Virus record (IMG/VR): IMGVR_UViG_3300023174_000315
Coordinates: 1-41,719 of that record
DNA length: 41,719 bases
Source: a virus
Lineage: Duplodnaviria > Caudoviricetes
Reading direction: 5' to 3' (one strand)
The position numbers were made by a program, and so were the translations under genes. Shown here in pieces: positions 1-9,049 of the stretch (its first letter is position 1; each line of letters begins with the position of its first letter). Below the pieces are notes generated by a model, which did no database searches, had not been told where the DNA came from, and was given only the letters and a program-made list of their open reading frames with translations.

Positions 1-813
1 TATCTTTTTTATAAAAATCTTTATTTTAGTATAGATGCAATTGGCGGAAGCACAGAATCAAAAATTGGAAATAATGTTAATAAAAATTTAATTAATTCAT
101 ATGATCCAGTAGTTTATAGTATAGGTGATCAAACTATTTCTGGAGTTAAAACTTTTGCTTCTCGTCCAACAGTTAATGGCACTGGAGTTTTGTTGAGTGG
201 AGAAGCTGCAAGTCTTCCAACAACTATAGTTTATACCACTGGAGATCAAACTATTAGTGGAGTTAAAACTTTTGTTAATTCTGGAATATTTTCTCTTTCT
301 GGCATAACTCCTTTAGGTTTACCAAATAATCCTCTTTCAGTTGTAGGTAGCGGAAATTCTTATTTACAATTAAATATTCAAAATAGAGCAACTGGAACAA
401 CTTCCACAGCAGATTTAGTTATCACAGCAAACAATGGAACAGACACAACAAATTACATTAATATTGGCATAAATAACTCTGGGTATAATGATCCAAACTT
501 TAGTAATGGTTCACCTTATGATGGTTATTTATTTATTAATGGTGGAAATTTAGATATTGGAACACAAACACCAAATACAGCTATAGAATTTCATGCTGGA
601 GGAACAACAGCAAGTAAAACCATAGCAAGAATAAATGAATCTGGATTAAATATTATTAGTGGTAATTTAACAGTAAATAATACAGGAGTTCTTTTAAGTG
701 GACAAGCTGTAGCATCAAATGGTTCGATCAATTCAATTATTAGATTAACTCAAGCAGCTTATAACATTTTATCTCCAAAGGACCCCAATACTTTTTATGT
801 AATAGTAGGTTAA
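1..813 (+). CDS. Tail fibre protein, C-terminal part (5'-truncated by window edge)
   Basis: The frame is open from base 1, so the track's start at 190 is internal. It has two GDQTISGVKTF fibre repeats and RPTVNGTGVLLSGEA, shared with the 14242..19740 fibre. It ends in LTQAAYNILSPKDPNTFYVIVG, a C-terminal motif typical of phage fibre proteins. Confidence 0.75.
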   Translation, partial: YLFYKNLYFSIDAIGGSTESKIGNNVNKNLINSYDPVVYSIGDQTISGVKTFASRPTVNGTGVLLSGEAASLPTTIVYTTGDQTISGVKTFVNSGIFSLSGITPLGLPNNPLSVVGSGNSYLQLNIQNRATGTTSTADLVITANNGTDTTNYINIGINNSGYNDPNFSNGSPYDGYLFINGGNLDIGTQTPNTAIEFHAGGTTASKTIARINESGLNIISGNLTVNNTGVLLSGQAVASNGSINSIIRLTQAAYNILSPKDPNTFYVIVG

Positions 814-814
814 G

Positions 815-1945
815 ATGTTAGATCAAATTTCTAATGTTTACGTTGGATCAAATATATCTAATAGATTATATTCGGTGAATGATTTAGTTTGGCCAAATAC
901 AACAGGAAATCTTTGGAAAGTAATTGATAATCCTTATAACAAAACAATAAGTAATTTTAATGTTACTTATATTGGTGGTGAAGTTGATATTAATTGGGGT
1001 ACAGTTATTAGTGGAAATATATCTAGCGCTACAAATATAAATCATACTTTTTCTGGAATCACAAATTCAGGAATTTCAGTTCTTGCAATAAATGGAGCAA
1101 GTATTAAACAAATAAATTGTGGCACAAGTTCCCCCAGACTCAGTGGCACCATAGATCTTTCTGCTTTTCCTAATTTAACTGGTTTTACTTGTATTGGTAA
1201 CGATATTACGGTCATCAATGGATATGCGAATAATGCAAATTTGAGAGGTATTCAATTTCAAACCAATAAAGTTACAGGATCCATTCCAAGCTTAAGTAGC
1301 TTGATTAATTTGCAAACTTTTACTTGCCAAGATAACCTGCTCACAGGATCCATTCCTAGTTTGAATGGATTGAGCAATTTGCAAACTTTTCGTTGCTACA
1401 CAAACCGACTCACAGGATCCATTCCTAGTTTGAATGGATTGAGCAATTTGCAAACTTTCCAGTGCCAAACAAACCTGCTCAGTGGCTCCATTCCCAGCTT
1501 AAGTAGCTTGATCAATTTGCAAAATTTTAATTGCAACACAAACCAACTCACAGGATTCATTCCCAGTTTGAGTGGATTGAGTAATTTAATAGATTTTCGT
1601 TGTCATATAAATAGACTGTCAGCTTCAATTCCCAGTTTGAGTGGATTGAGTAATTTGTCAGGTTTTTATTGCTATGCAAACGACCTCACAGGATTTAATG
1701 GTGGTGTAATTTCTAACACTCTAGGCAATTTTCAAGCTCAAGATAATCTTTTAACATCTAGCACAGTAAATACAATCTTATCAACTTTTGTAGCCGCTGG
1801 GAGAACAACTGGGACCCCACAAGTGAATGGAACTTGCATATTGAATGTTGGCGGCGTTGGTAATTTTCGTCCAACAGGTCAAGGCATAACAGATGTTATA
1901 ACCTTGAGAAATCGCGGGTGGACAGTAACAACAGGAACGCGATAA
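815..1945 (+). CDS. Leucine-rich repeat protein, probable receptor-binding or fibre-tip protein
   Basis: Six 23-aa repeats LTGSIPSLxxLxNLxxFxCxxN plus degenerate flanking units. The N-terminal NVYVGSN..RLYSVNDLVW motif is typical of proteins encoded directly after fibre genes. Confidence 0.8.
   Translation: MLDQISNVYVGSNISNRLYSVNDLVWPNTTGNLWKVIDNPYNKTISNFNVTYIGGEVDINWGTVISGNISSATNINHTFSGITNSGISVLAINGASIKQINCGTSSPRLSGTIDLSAFPNLTGFTCIGNDITVINGYANNANLRGIQFQTNKVTGSIPSLSSLINLQTFTCQDNLLTGSIPSLNGLSNLQTFRCYTNRLTGSIPSLNGLSNLQTFQCQTNLLSGSIPSLSSLINLQNFNCNTNQLTGFIPSLSGLSNLIDFRCHINRLSASIPSLSGLSNLSGFYCYANDLTGFNGGVISNTLGNFQAQDNLLTSSTVNTILSTFVAAGRTTGTPQVNGTCILNVGGVGNFRPTGQGITDVITLRNRGWTVTTGTR
1271..1684 (+). 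repeat. Six tandem 69-bp repeats encoding LRR units
   Basis: Units start at 1271, 1340, 1409, 1478, 1547 and 1616, for example ctcacaggatccattcctagtttgaatggattgagcaatttgcaaacttt. Confidence 0.95.
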
Positions 1946-2178
1946 TGATTAGACTATATTCAAATCAAAAACAACCAGATGTAGTACCAATAGTAAACGG
2001 GGTTAGTACAAATGAAACCGAATGGTGGATGATTTACGATGCAGCTACATTAGAAATTATTATACCACCACAACAATGCTCTGGTGGAACATCCAGTCCA
2101 TACACAATGGTCATAGCAGATACACGAGAAGAATTAGAACAATATATCCAAGATAATGGTTTAATTCTTTCTGAATGA
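1945..2178 (+). CDS. Small acidic hypothetical protein (possible fibre chaperone)
   Basis: ATG at 1945 overlaps the LRR stop (TAATG), which is a more likely start than the track's 1918. Function is inferred from position only. Confidence 0.55.
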   Translation: MIRLYSNQKQPDVVPIVNGVSTNETEWWMIYDAATLEIIIPPQQCSGGTSSPYTMVIADTREELEQYIQDNGLILSE

Positions 2179-2225
2179 AGTTAATTTATTTTATAGATAT
2201 ATCTTATTATTTTTATTATAATATA

Positions 2226-2231
2226 GTGTAA
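2226..2231 (+). promoter_or_regulatory. GTGTAA putative late promoter motif
   Basis: Intergenic, 12 nt before ATG 2238. The motif recurs upstream of many genes. Confidence 0.6.
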
Positions 2232-2237
2232 TCTTTT

Positions 2238-2522
2238 ATGAAAACTATGCTATCTAAAATATTTGGCCAAAATTGGAGATCTAGCTCATCTGGAATAGCT
2301 ACAGTTGTAGCAGTTTGTACATCGATAGCAATTCACTCTGATCCTTCATTAGTAGCATTTCTTCCAGACCCAGCAGAAGTTTATATTATTGGAATTTCAA
2401 AATTAGTTGCAGTTGTATCTGGTATTATTTTTGCATTAACAGTAAAAGATGCAGCAGTTACTGGCGGAACAGTAGCTCAAACAAGTGAGGCAAAAGATAG
2501 AACAAATGGAGAAAATATATGA
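2238..2522 (+). CDS. Putative holin
   Basis: 94 aa with two hydrophobic segments and a charged C-terminus; first gene of a membrane/lipoprotein cluster. Confidence 0.6.
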   Translation: MKTMLSKIFGQNWRSSSSGIATVVAVCTSIAIHSDPSLVAFLPDPAEVYIIGISKLVAVVSGIIFALTVKDAAVTGGTVAQTSEAKDRTNGENI

Positions 2523-2968
2523 ATAAATTACAATTAGTCGCAGTTGCTCTTTTGAGCATATTTCTTGGTGCTTGTGCTACAACCAATACTGGAAAAGTTG
2601 ATGTTGGAACAAGTGTTGAAAATACTCTTCCTTATGTTAAGCCAGCAGTTGTATTAGCTTGCACAGTAGTTCTTGATCAAGCAGTTTCTGGTAACGATAG
2701 AATTGAAAAAGCTAAAATGATTAATCATGTAGCAGCAATTGTTGAAGGATTAACAGTTGGAACTACTCCAACTCCAGAGCAACTTCAAAAAGCTCTTAAC
2801 GATTATCTTCCAGCAGAAAAAACTCATTGGGCAAATTATGTTACTGTAATAAAAGATCTTTATGCTCAACAATTTGCAAGATTAGATGGTAATACAGCTC
2901 TTGCGATTAAGGTACTTAACGCTATTGCATCTGGATGTAAAGATGCCACAGCGAGTTATGTAGAGTAA
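2519..2968 (+). CDS. Lipoprotein (lysis cluster)
   Basis: Signal peptide MNKLQLVAVALLSIFLGA-C with a lipobox; ATGA overlap with the holin. Confidence 0.75.
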   Translation: MNKLQLVAVALLSIFLGACATTNTGKVDVGTSVENTLPYVKPAVVLACTVVLDQAVSGNDRIEKAKMINHVAAIVEGLTVGTTPTPEQLQKALNDYLPAEKTHWANYVTVIKDLYAQQFARLDGNTALAIKVLNAIASGCKDATASYVE

Positions 2969-2970
2969 TC

Positions 2971-3171
2971 ATGCCAACTGGAATAATTCAAGCATTACTC
3001 TCTGCAGTATCTGGAATATTCTCAGCAATTAATAATGTATTCGGCGCCAAGAATACAAAAGAAATGAAAGAGCGTCAAGAAGCTCAAAAAGAAGTTGATC
3101 ATCAAAGTGAAATAGAAAAAGCTGTTAAGGAGAAAAACCTTGAAGAAATTCGCAAACGTACTAGTTCTTAA
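2971..3171 (+). CDS. Putative i-spanin-like membrane peptide
   Basis: N-terminal hydrophobic helix followed by a K/E-rich coiled coil; overlaps the next lipoprotein gene by 32 nt. Confidence 0.5.
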   Translation: MPTGIIQALLSAVSGIFSAINNVFGAKNTKEMKERQEAQKEVDHQSEIEKAVKEKNLEEIRKRTSS

Positions 3172-3553
3172 TTTTCTCTTAATTGGTTGTGCAACTGTAA
3201 CACCAAATAAAATAGAAGATGATAAGTCTTCTTATGATGCAACTACTCCAAAACAATACGATAAAGATAATGGTGGATTAATTTCTTTCGTGGGAGATGA
3301 TGCATTAATTACAAACCAAGCGCGTGAGAGATATAATAATCTTATTGAAATGTACAAAATTAAATTTAAAAAAGAAAAAGCAATAGAATTAAAAATAGAT
3401 TCTGGTATTAAAGCTTATAAAGATAATTTTAATAATAATCTTTATTTAATTGATAGCGAACATCTTGTTTATTTTGGAGTTTTAAACTCTTGGCTCAAAG
3501 AAAAAGTCCCTCAAGATAATATAATTGACAAAGTAATAGACAAGGTAAATTAA
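3140..3553 (+). CDS. Lipoprotein, putative o-spanin-like
   Basis: TTG start with AAGGAG at 3127-3132; lipobox LLIG-C; overlaps the preceding membrane peptide as Rz/Rz1-type pairs do. Confidence 0.6.
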   Translation: MKKFANVLVLNFLLIGCATVTPNKIEDDKSSYDATTPKQYDKDNGGLISFVGDDALITNQARERYNNLIEMYKIKFKKEKAIELKIDSGIKAYKDNFNNNLYLIDSEHLVYFGVLNSWLKEKVPQDNIIDKVIDKVN

Positions 3554-3554
3554 T

Positions 3555-5387
3555 ATGGGTACATTAAGAACCCAGGTTAAATTACCAAAACAAATATCTC
3601 TCATTGATTGGGATGTTACTGAAGATGGTATAGATATAAATGGAACATATAATTACATAAGTTTTCCATCTCCAATTACATCTTTTCCACTTGAAGGAAA
3701 TGATATTCCTCCTGCTTTCATAAGTGAAATTGTTATTTCAAACGGATCTTTTACAGCAGCAAATGGAACATATACAAGATCTAATAGCACTGATGCTTTT
3801 ACCAAAACAAGTGGTACTCCTGGTGCTATATTTTTCGGAGGAGATGCTTGGTATATTTTCTCAACTAGCATAGGGAATGTAGCAAGAAATACCTCTGATT
3901 TAGGAACTGGCACATGGAGTGCATGGGTTCCAGGAAATTCATCAGGAATTACTGCAACGTACAGTTATTCATCATCCGCAGTAACTTATAATTTATATGC
4001 TAGTGAAAATGGTAGCGAATATTCATTAATTTATTCTGGAGGAACACCAATAATTGAAGGTTATAAACATTCATCTTTAGAAAGTTATATATTTTATGAT
4101 GGATCAAGATGGGCTTTATGGTTTGATGGTACTTATCAATGGGTTAATCCAAATGGAACACAAAATATTTTACCATTTAATAGTTGGGAAATTTATGTTG
4201 CTCAAGGAGCAGCTGGAAATATAGAAGTTACAAATGGTTCTACTGGAAAAAACATTTCATTTTTAGTTAAGAAAACAAATCTTGGTAAAGGTGGAGTAAC
4301 TACATCCACATTAATTGCTGGATCAATTTATAATTTTAGTACAAACTCTGCACCAAATAGCAGAAACTTTAATACCATAGCAACAAATGAAAATTATTTT
4401 GATTTTCTATTAACTGAAATGGGATATGTTCCATCAGTTTTCAAAGCTTTTGTTACTTCTCAATCTGGAATAGTTATTGATTTTTCTAAACATGCAATCG
4501 TGGTTCAAGCCCAAAATAATAAACCAATTGCTCCTCTTTCTGGATTTTTTAATATGGGAAATAGAAGCATGAGAGTTTCATTAGGTTTTGCATTTGGATT
4601 GTTACTTCCAGCTAATTATTTTAAAATATATATTATTGACAGAAGGGGCTGGGATAATATATATTTAACAAATGTCAATCAATCTATTGTATATGAGAAT
4701 TATAATTTTAATTTAAACCTTGGAGGAGATATACAAAATTATTGGCAATTAGATGAACCAGGTGGAGAAAGAATAGATGTAGTAAATAAAAATAATTTAT
4801 TTGAAGGAGACGCTACTATTCCTAATACAGCTGGTAGAATAAATTACGCAGCAGATTTTGATGCAGTTGATAATACTAGATATTTATCGAATGATGAATT
4901 CGTTATTAATAATACTTTTTCAATTTCTTGTTGGGTTAAACTTCATTCTTATAGTGCATATGAGCAAGCTATTTGGGGAACTAACGCTTATGATCCAGTT
5001 TCATCACTTTATATAAGTAATGGTACGAATAAATTTGAATTTTATAATAATATTATAGATTTAACTTTAACAACAAATATTGTACCAGATTTAGAAACTT
5101 GGTATCATACAGTTTATATAGTTAATAGAAATCAAATGTATTTATATATCAATGGTAATCTTGCTGGAGTTTCATATACTGTTGGTACAGATTTTATAAA
5201 TAATTCTAATACTGGAGGAGGATTGGCTTTATCTAGTTATTTTTATGATGGACCAGGAATACCAGGCTATCCAATAAATGCAGCAATAGATGAAGTTGGT
5301 ATATGGAATCGTATGTTGAATGAATCTGAAATTAAAGCGCTTTATAATTTTGGAAATGGATTACCAGTAGAAAACTTTTATACATAA
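3555..5387 (+). CDS. Multidomain protein with a C-terminal LamG/concanavalin A-like lectin domain
   Basis: FSISCWVK, WYHTVYI, LYINGNL and IDEVGIWNRMLNESEIKALYN are LamG-3 hallmarks. Confidence 0.8.
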   Translation: MGTLRTQVKLPKQISLIDWDVTEDGIDINGTYNYISFPSPITSFPLEGNDIPPAFISEIVISNGSFTAANGTYTRSNSTDAFTKTSGTPGAIFFGGDAWYIFSTSIGNVARNTSDLGTGTWSAWVPGNSSGITATYSYSSSAVTYNLYASENGSEYSLIYSGGTPIIEGYKHSSLESYIFYDGSRWALWFDGTYQWVNPNGTQNILPFNSWEIYVAQGAAGNIEVTNGSTGKNISFLVKKTNLGKGGVTTSTLIAGSIYNFSTNSAPNSRNFNTIATNENYFDFLLTEMGYVPSVFKAFVTSQSGIVIDFSKHAIVVQAQNNKPIAPLSGFFNMGNRSMRVSLGFAFGLLLPANYFKIYIIDRRGWDNIYLTNVNQSIVYENYNFNLNLGGDIQNYWQLDEPGGERIDVVNKNNLFEGDATIPNTAGRINYAADFDAVDNTRYLSNDEFVINNTFSISCWVKLHSYSAYEQAIWGTNAYDPVSSLYISNGTNKFEFYNNIIDLTLTTNIVPDLETWYHTVYIVNRNQMYLYINGNLAGVSYTVGTDFINNSNTGGGLALSSYFYDGPGIPGYPINAAIDEVGIWNRMLNESEIKALYNFGNGLPVENFYT

Positions 5388-5389
5388 AT

Positions 5390-6016
5390 ATGTTAAGCAA
5401 AAAATCTTTAGATCTTATTCTTGAATTTGAAGTTGGTGGTGGCGAAAACTATTATAATAAATTTTTGAAAAGTCCAACTTGGCCAGAAGGTCAGAGTGGA
5501 GTTACAATTGGTGTTGGTTATGATTTAGGCTATGTAAATAAAGCAGAATTTAGTGAAGATTGGAAAGATCTTCCTAAAGAAATTTTTGATAGATTATATA
5601 AAGTAGTTGGTATCAAAGGATATAATGCAAAGAATCTTATTAGAGGATTAAAAGATATAGTTATTCCTTGGGATCTTGCATTAAAAGTATTTAATAATAA
5701 AACAGTAACAAAGTTCTGGAATTTAACAAAAGAAACTTTTCCTAATTTTGATAATCTTCCAGAAGATGCAAAAGGAGGATTAGTTAGTCTTGTATTTAAT
5801 AGAGGAAACGCATTAGAAGGTGATAGACGGCGCGAAATGAAATTAATAAGAGATGGCATGGCAATAACAACTATTTTTGATCAAAAAGTGTTATCTTTTA
5901 TAGCTAATCAAATAAGAAATATGAAAAGAATATGGGCTGGCGGAAGCATAGAAAAAGGTATGAGCCGAAGAAGAGACGCAGAAGCTAAATTAATAGAAGA
6001 ATCAATTAAGATATAA
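5390..6016 (+). CDS. Endolysin (lysozyme-fold muramidase, pesticin C-terminal/GH24-like)
   Basis: Catalytic-type Glu in LEFEVG, plus SGVTIGVGYDLG, LVSLVFNRG and a C-terminal RRRDAEA. Confidence 0.85.
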   Translation: MLSKKSLDLILEFEVGGGENYYNKFLKSPTWPEGQSGVTIGVGYDLGYVNKAEFSEDWKDLPKEIFDRLYKVVGIKGYNAKNLIRGLKDIVIPWDLALKVFNNKTVTKFWNLTKETFPNFDNLPEDAKGGLVSLVFNRGNALEGDRRREMKLIRDGMAITTIFDQKVLSFIANQIRNMKRIWAGGSIEKGMSRRRDAEAKLIEESIKI

Positions 6017-6019
6017 TTT

Positions 6020-6838
6020 ATGAAAAAATCAGATAGTAAAATAGCATTTATAATATCAGTACATCCTCCACATTATCATTATGTTTATAATTACTTAGAT
6101 CAATTAACTGATGAATGTGATTTATTTTTAGTTTTTTCAGATGAATTTGATTATGGAGGATTCGAACGCAAAGAAAAAATTAATAAAATTATTATGCCTA
6201 AAAATACAATTGATGGACATGAAGGAGTAATTAATTATAAAAAATTTTATGCGCTTGAACAATTAAAAGATTCTAAATATGATTATTTTATTGTATGTGA
6301 TAGTGAGATAGAATTAACTGCAAATTATAATTATGAAACATTATATAATAAAGTATTTGATATTTTTAATAAAAAAATTATATTTGGTAGTGATTTTCCA
6401 GAATATGATTGGATCATGAAAGATTCCGCTGGTATATTTCCAATAAAGTATCAAGACGAAATAAAAAATATTACAAAAAACTATACTATTTATACTTTTT
6501 GGGGTGATTTACCAGTATACAAAAGAGAACACATTGATCATTTTTTTTCATTAATAAATTACAGTAAGATTAGATACGCTCAATTTGATCATATAATTTA
6601 TGGTTACTATTTATGTTTATTTCATAATTTTACTATAAAATCAATATCTGATGAAACTGGTATTATAATAGACATTGCAGCTTTTAATACAACTAATATT
6701 GATATATTAAATAAATTAAAAGAAATTGGTTATAGATTTAATTGGACAATGAAAAAACAATACATAGATAATAAAGATTTTTATGATAAATATAAAACTA
6801 TTATAGTATATAATATTGATAGATCAGGATTCTATTAA
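6020..6838 (+). CDS. Glycosyltransferase-like protein (GT-A fold suspected)
   Basis: N-terminal KIAFII strand, then KKFYAL..L...YDYFIVCDSE, resembling the DxD region of GT-A enzymes. Family not assignable by eye. Confidence 0.5.
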   Translation: MKKSDSKIAFIISVHPPHYHYVYNYLDQLTDECDLFLVFSDEFDYGGFERKEKINKIIMPKNTIDGHEGVINYKKFYALEQLKDSKYDYFIVCDSEIELTANYNYETLYNKVFDIFNKKIIFGSDFPEYDWIMKDSAGIFPIKYQDEIKNITKNYTIYTFWGDLPVYKREHIDHFFSLINYSKIRYAQFDHIIYGYYLCLFHNFTIKSISDETGIIIDIAAFNTTNIDILNKLKEIGYRFNWTMKKQYIDNKDFYDKYKTIIVYNIDRSGFY

Positions 6839-6874
6839 TACAATTAAAAATAATTAAAATATATACGCTATTAG

Positions 6875-6880
6875 GTGTAC
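6875..6880 (+). promoter_or_regulatory. GTGTAC putative late promoter motif
   Basis: 15 nt before the in-frame GTG at 6890. Confidence 0.5.
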
Positions 6881-6889
6881 AATTATATT

Positions 6890-7483
6890 GTGAACTACAA
6901 TCCAGAAAAATATGGCTTTGAATTTATTGAAGCTAAAAGACCTGGTCCAAAATCTTCATCACAAACCCCATCTAAACCAAGCGAAAGAAGAAAAGGATCA
7001 TCACGAAATAAACCAGGAAGCGCAGGAACAAAAAGTGATAAAGCAATCGAATTTTCTAAAAAAGTAATTGAAGCTCTTAAAAATAAAGTAAAAGAACATA
7101 ATTCGAAATATAGTAAAAAAGTAACATTAAGTCAACTTAAAAAAGTATATCGTCGTGGAGCTGGGGCATTTTCATCTTCTCATAGACCAGGAAAAACTCG
7201 TGGTCAATGGGCTATGGCTAGAGTAAATATGTTTCTTAGAATGGTGAGTGGAAAACCAGTTAAAGATGCTTATCGTAAAGCTGATAGTGATATTGCTCGC
7301 GCATCAACAAAAGATTATATAATTGAAGCAAGTTTTGAACCTACTGAAGAGGATTTTCTACAAGCAGATGAAGATATTAAAGCTTTTGATTTAAATGATT
7401 TTGATTTTAATAGCGCAGAAGATCTTTATCTTGATGATGAAAAAGATAATATAGTATTAACTTATATAAATAACTATATTTAA
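6890..7483 (+). CDS. Conserved viral protein, basic N-terminal part and acidic tail (DUF5824-like motif)
   Basis: LKKVYRRGAGAFSSSHRPGKTRGQWAMARVNMF. Start moved to GTG 6890 because the track's start is the promoter-like motif itself. Confidence 0.6.
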   Translation: MNYNPEKYGFEFIEAKRPGPKSSSQTPSKPSERRKGSSRNKPGSAGTKSDKAIEFSKKVIEALKNKVKEHNSKYSKKVTLSQLKKVYRRGAGAFSSSHRPGKTRGQWAMARVNMFLRMVSGKPVKDAYRKADSDIARASTKDYIIEASFEPTEEDFLQADEDIKAFDLNDFDFNSAEDLYLDDEKDNIVLTYINNYI

Positions 7484-7489
7484 GTGTAT
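7484..7489 (+). promoter_or_regulatory. GTGTAT putative late promoter motif
   Basis: 15 nt before ATG 7499. Confidence 0.6.
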
Positions 7490-7498
7490 ATTAAATAT

Positions 7499-9031
7499 AT
7501 GGAAAACAAATTCAAATTTTCTACAATATTTTCTAGTATTAAATTAAAACCAGTTGTTAGTGAAGAAAAAGATAAATATTTAGCTTTAGCATCTGCAAAT
7601 GAACTCAAAAAGTTTTTACCAGATATAGATTTAAAAGCAAATATTGATTTATTACCAATTGCTTTTGATGCTTGTGTTGTAAATAGAGTAAATAAAAATG
7701 GTGATGTTATTAATGGATTAACAGCATCAGAAGTAGCTAAAAATTTTATAAATAAACCTATTAATCTTGAACACGATAGAACAAAAGTAGTAGGATGTAT
7801 TGTATCTTATAATTTCAGTAAATTTGGCTCAAATGAAAGTTTAGCAGAACTAGATGTTAAAGACATGAAAGAGCCATTTAATATTACTCTTGGTGGAGTT
7901 ATATGGAGAGTAGTTAGCCCTAAACTATCAGATCTTATAGAAGAAAGCAATGATCCTTCAAGCAGTGAGTATATGACAATAAGTGCTAGTTGGGAATTAG
8001 GATTTAATGATTACAATCTTGTAGTATTAAAAGGTAAAGAAAAGAATATAGAAAATGGCACATTTATCACAGATGAATCAGAAAAAGAAAAGCTATCTAA
8101 TAATCTAAAAGCTTTAGGTGGAACTGGTAAAGTAAATGGTGATTCTTATATTTATAGGCAAGTTTTAGGTGAAGTTATACCATTAGGTATAGGTTTAACT
8201 ACAAATCCAGCAGCAGATGTTGGTGGAGTAGTAATCAAAACAGAAGAAGATATTCCAGAAATTAAAGTCGAGGAAGATAAGGTTCAAGAAGTCGAATCTA
8301 ATCAAGCCGAAAATAATATTTCACAAATATCTAATTTAGATGTAAAACAAGAGAGGATAACAAATAGAATAATTATGAAGATAAACAATATATCTGAAAT
8401 TACAGACGAACTTCTTAAAGAAGTAAAAGCTTCCTCAGTAACAGATTTTATCGCTGAAGAACTTCAAAAAGTTAGCGAAAAATTCATTGCTGAAAAAGCA
8501 GAAAAAGATAATGCTATTCAAGCTGCTAATCAAAAATTCGAAACCGTTTCATCTGAGCACGAAGCTCTAAAGAAACAACTCGAAGAAGTAAATCAAAAGC
8601 TTGCTACAATCGAAGCCGAAGCAGCAGCTAAAGCTAAAGAAGAAGCATTTAATATTCGCATGGCTGGCCTTGATGAAGAATTCGATCTAGATGACGAAGA
8701 TCGTCAAGTACTTGCTACAGACATTAAAGATTTAGAAGAAGAAACTTTTGCCGCTTACAAAAAGAAAATGGCAGTTCTTATGAAAGAAAAAAATAAGGCT
8801 GCTAAAAAAGCTAAGATGGCAAAAGCAGAACAATCTGTTGCAACAGAAGTAATCGCTTCTGAGCAACCAGTAACCGTTTCAGAAACAGTTTCTGAAGTAG
8901 TTGAAGATGCTATTTCCAACGGCAAAGTTGAAAAAGCATCTATACCAAACTCTTCATCTACAAGTGAAGCCACATTAAAAGAAAAATATGGCAGAGCTTT
9001 TAGTTTAGAGGAAGGTTTCATAGTAAAATAA
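7499..9031 (+). CDS. Prohead protease fused to a scaffolding domain
   Basis: PINLEHD (His), SASWELGF (Ser) and GLTTNPAADV motifs, then an E/K/A-rich coiled coil; lies upstream of the decoration and capsid genes. Confidence 0.8.
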   Translation: MENKFKFSTIFSSIKLKPVVSEEKDKYLALASANELKKFLPDIDLKANIDLLPIAFDACVVNRVNKNGDVINGLTASEVAKNFINKPINLEHDRTKVVGCIVSYNFSKFGSNESLAELDVKDMKEPFNITLGGVIWRVVSPKLSDLIEESNDPSSSEYMTISASWELGFNDYNLVVLKGKEKNIENGTFITDESEKEKLSNNLKALGGTGKVNGDSYIYRQVLGEVIPLGIGLTTNPAADVGGVVIKTEEDIPEIKVEEDKVQEVESNQAENNISQISNLDVKQERITNRIIMKINNISEITDELLKEVKASSVTDFIAEELQKVSEKFIAEKAEKDNAIQAANQKFETVSSEHEALKKQLEEVNQKLATIEAEAAAKAKEEAFNIRMAGLDEEFDLDDEDRQVLATDIKDLEEETFAAYKKKMAVLMKEKNKAAKKAKMAKAEQSVATEVIASEQPVTVSETVSEVVEDAISNGKVEKASIPNSSSTSEATLKEKYGRAFSLEEGFIVK

Positions 9032-9049
9032 ACAAAGGAGAAATAAATC

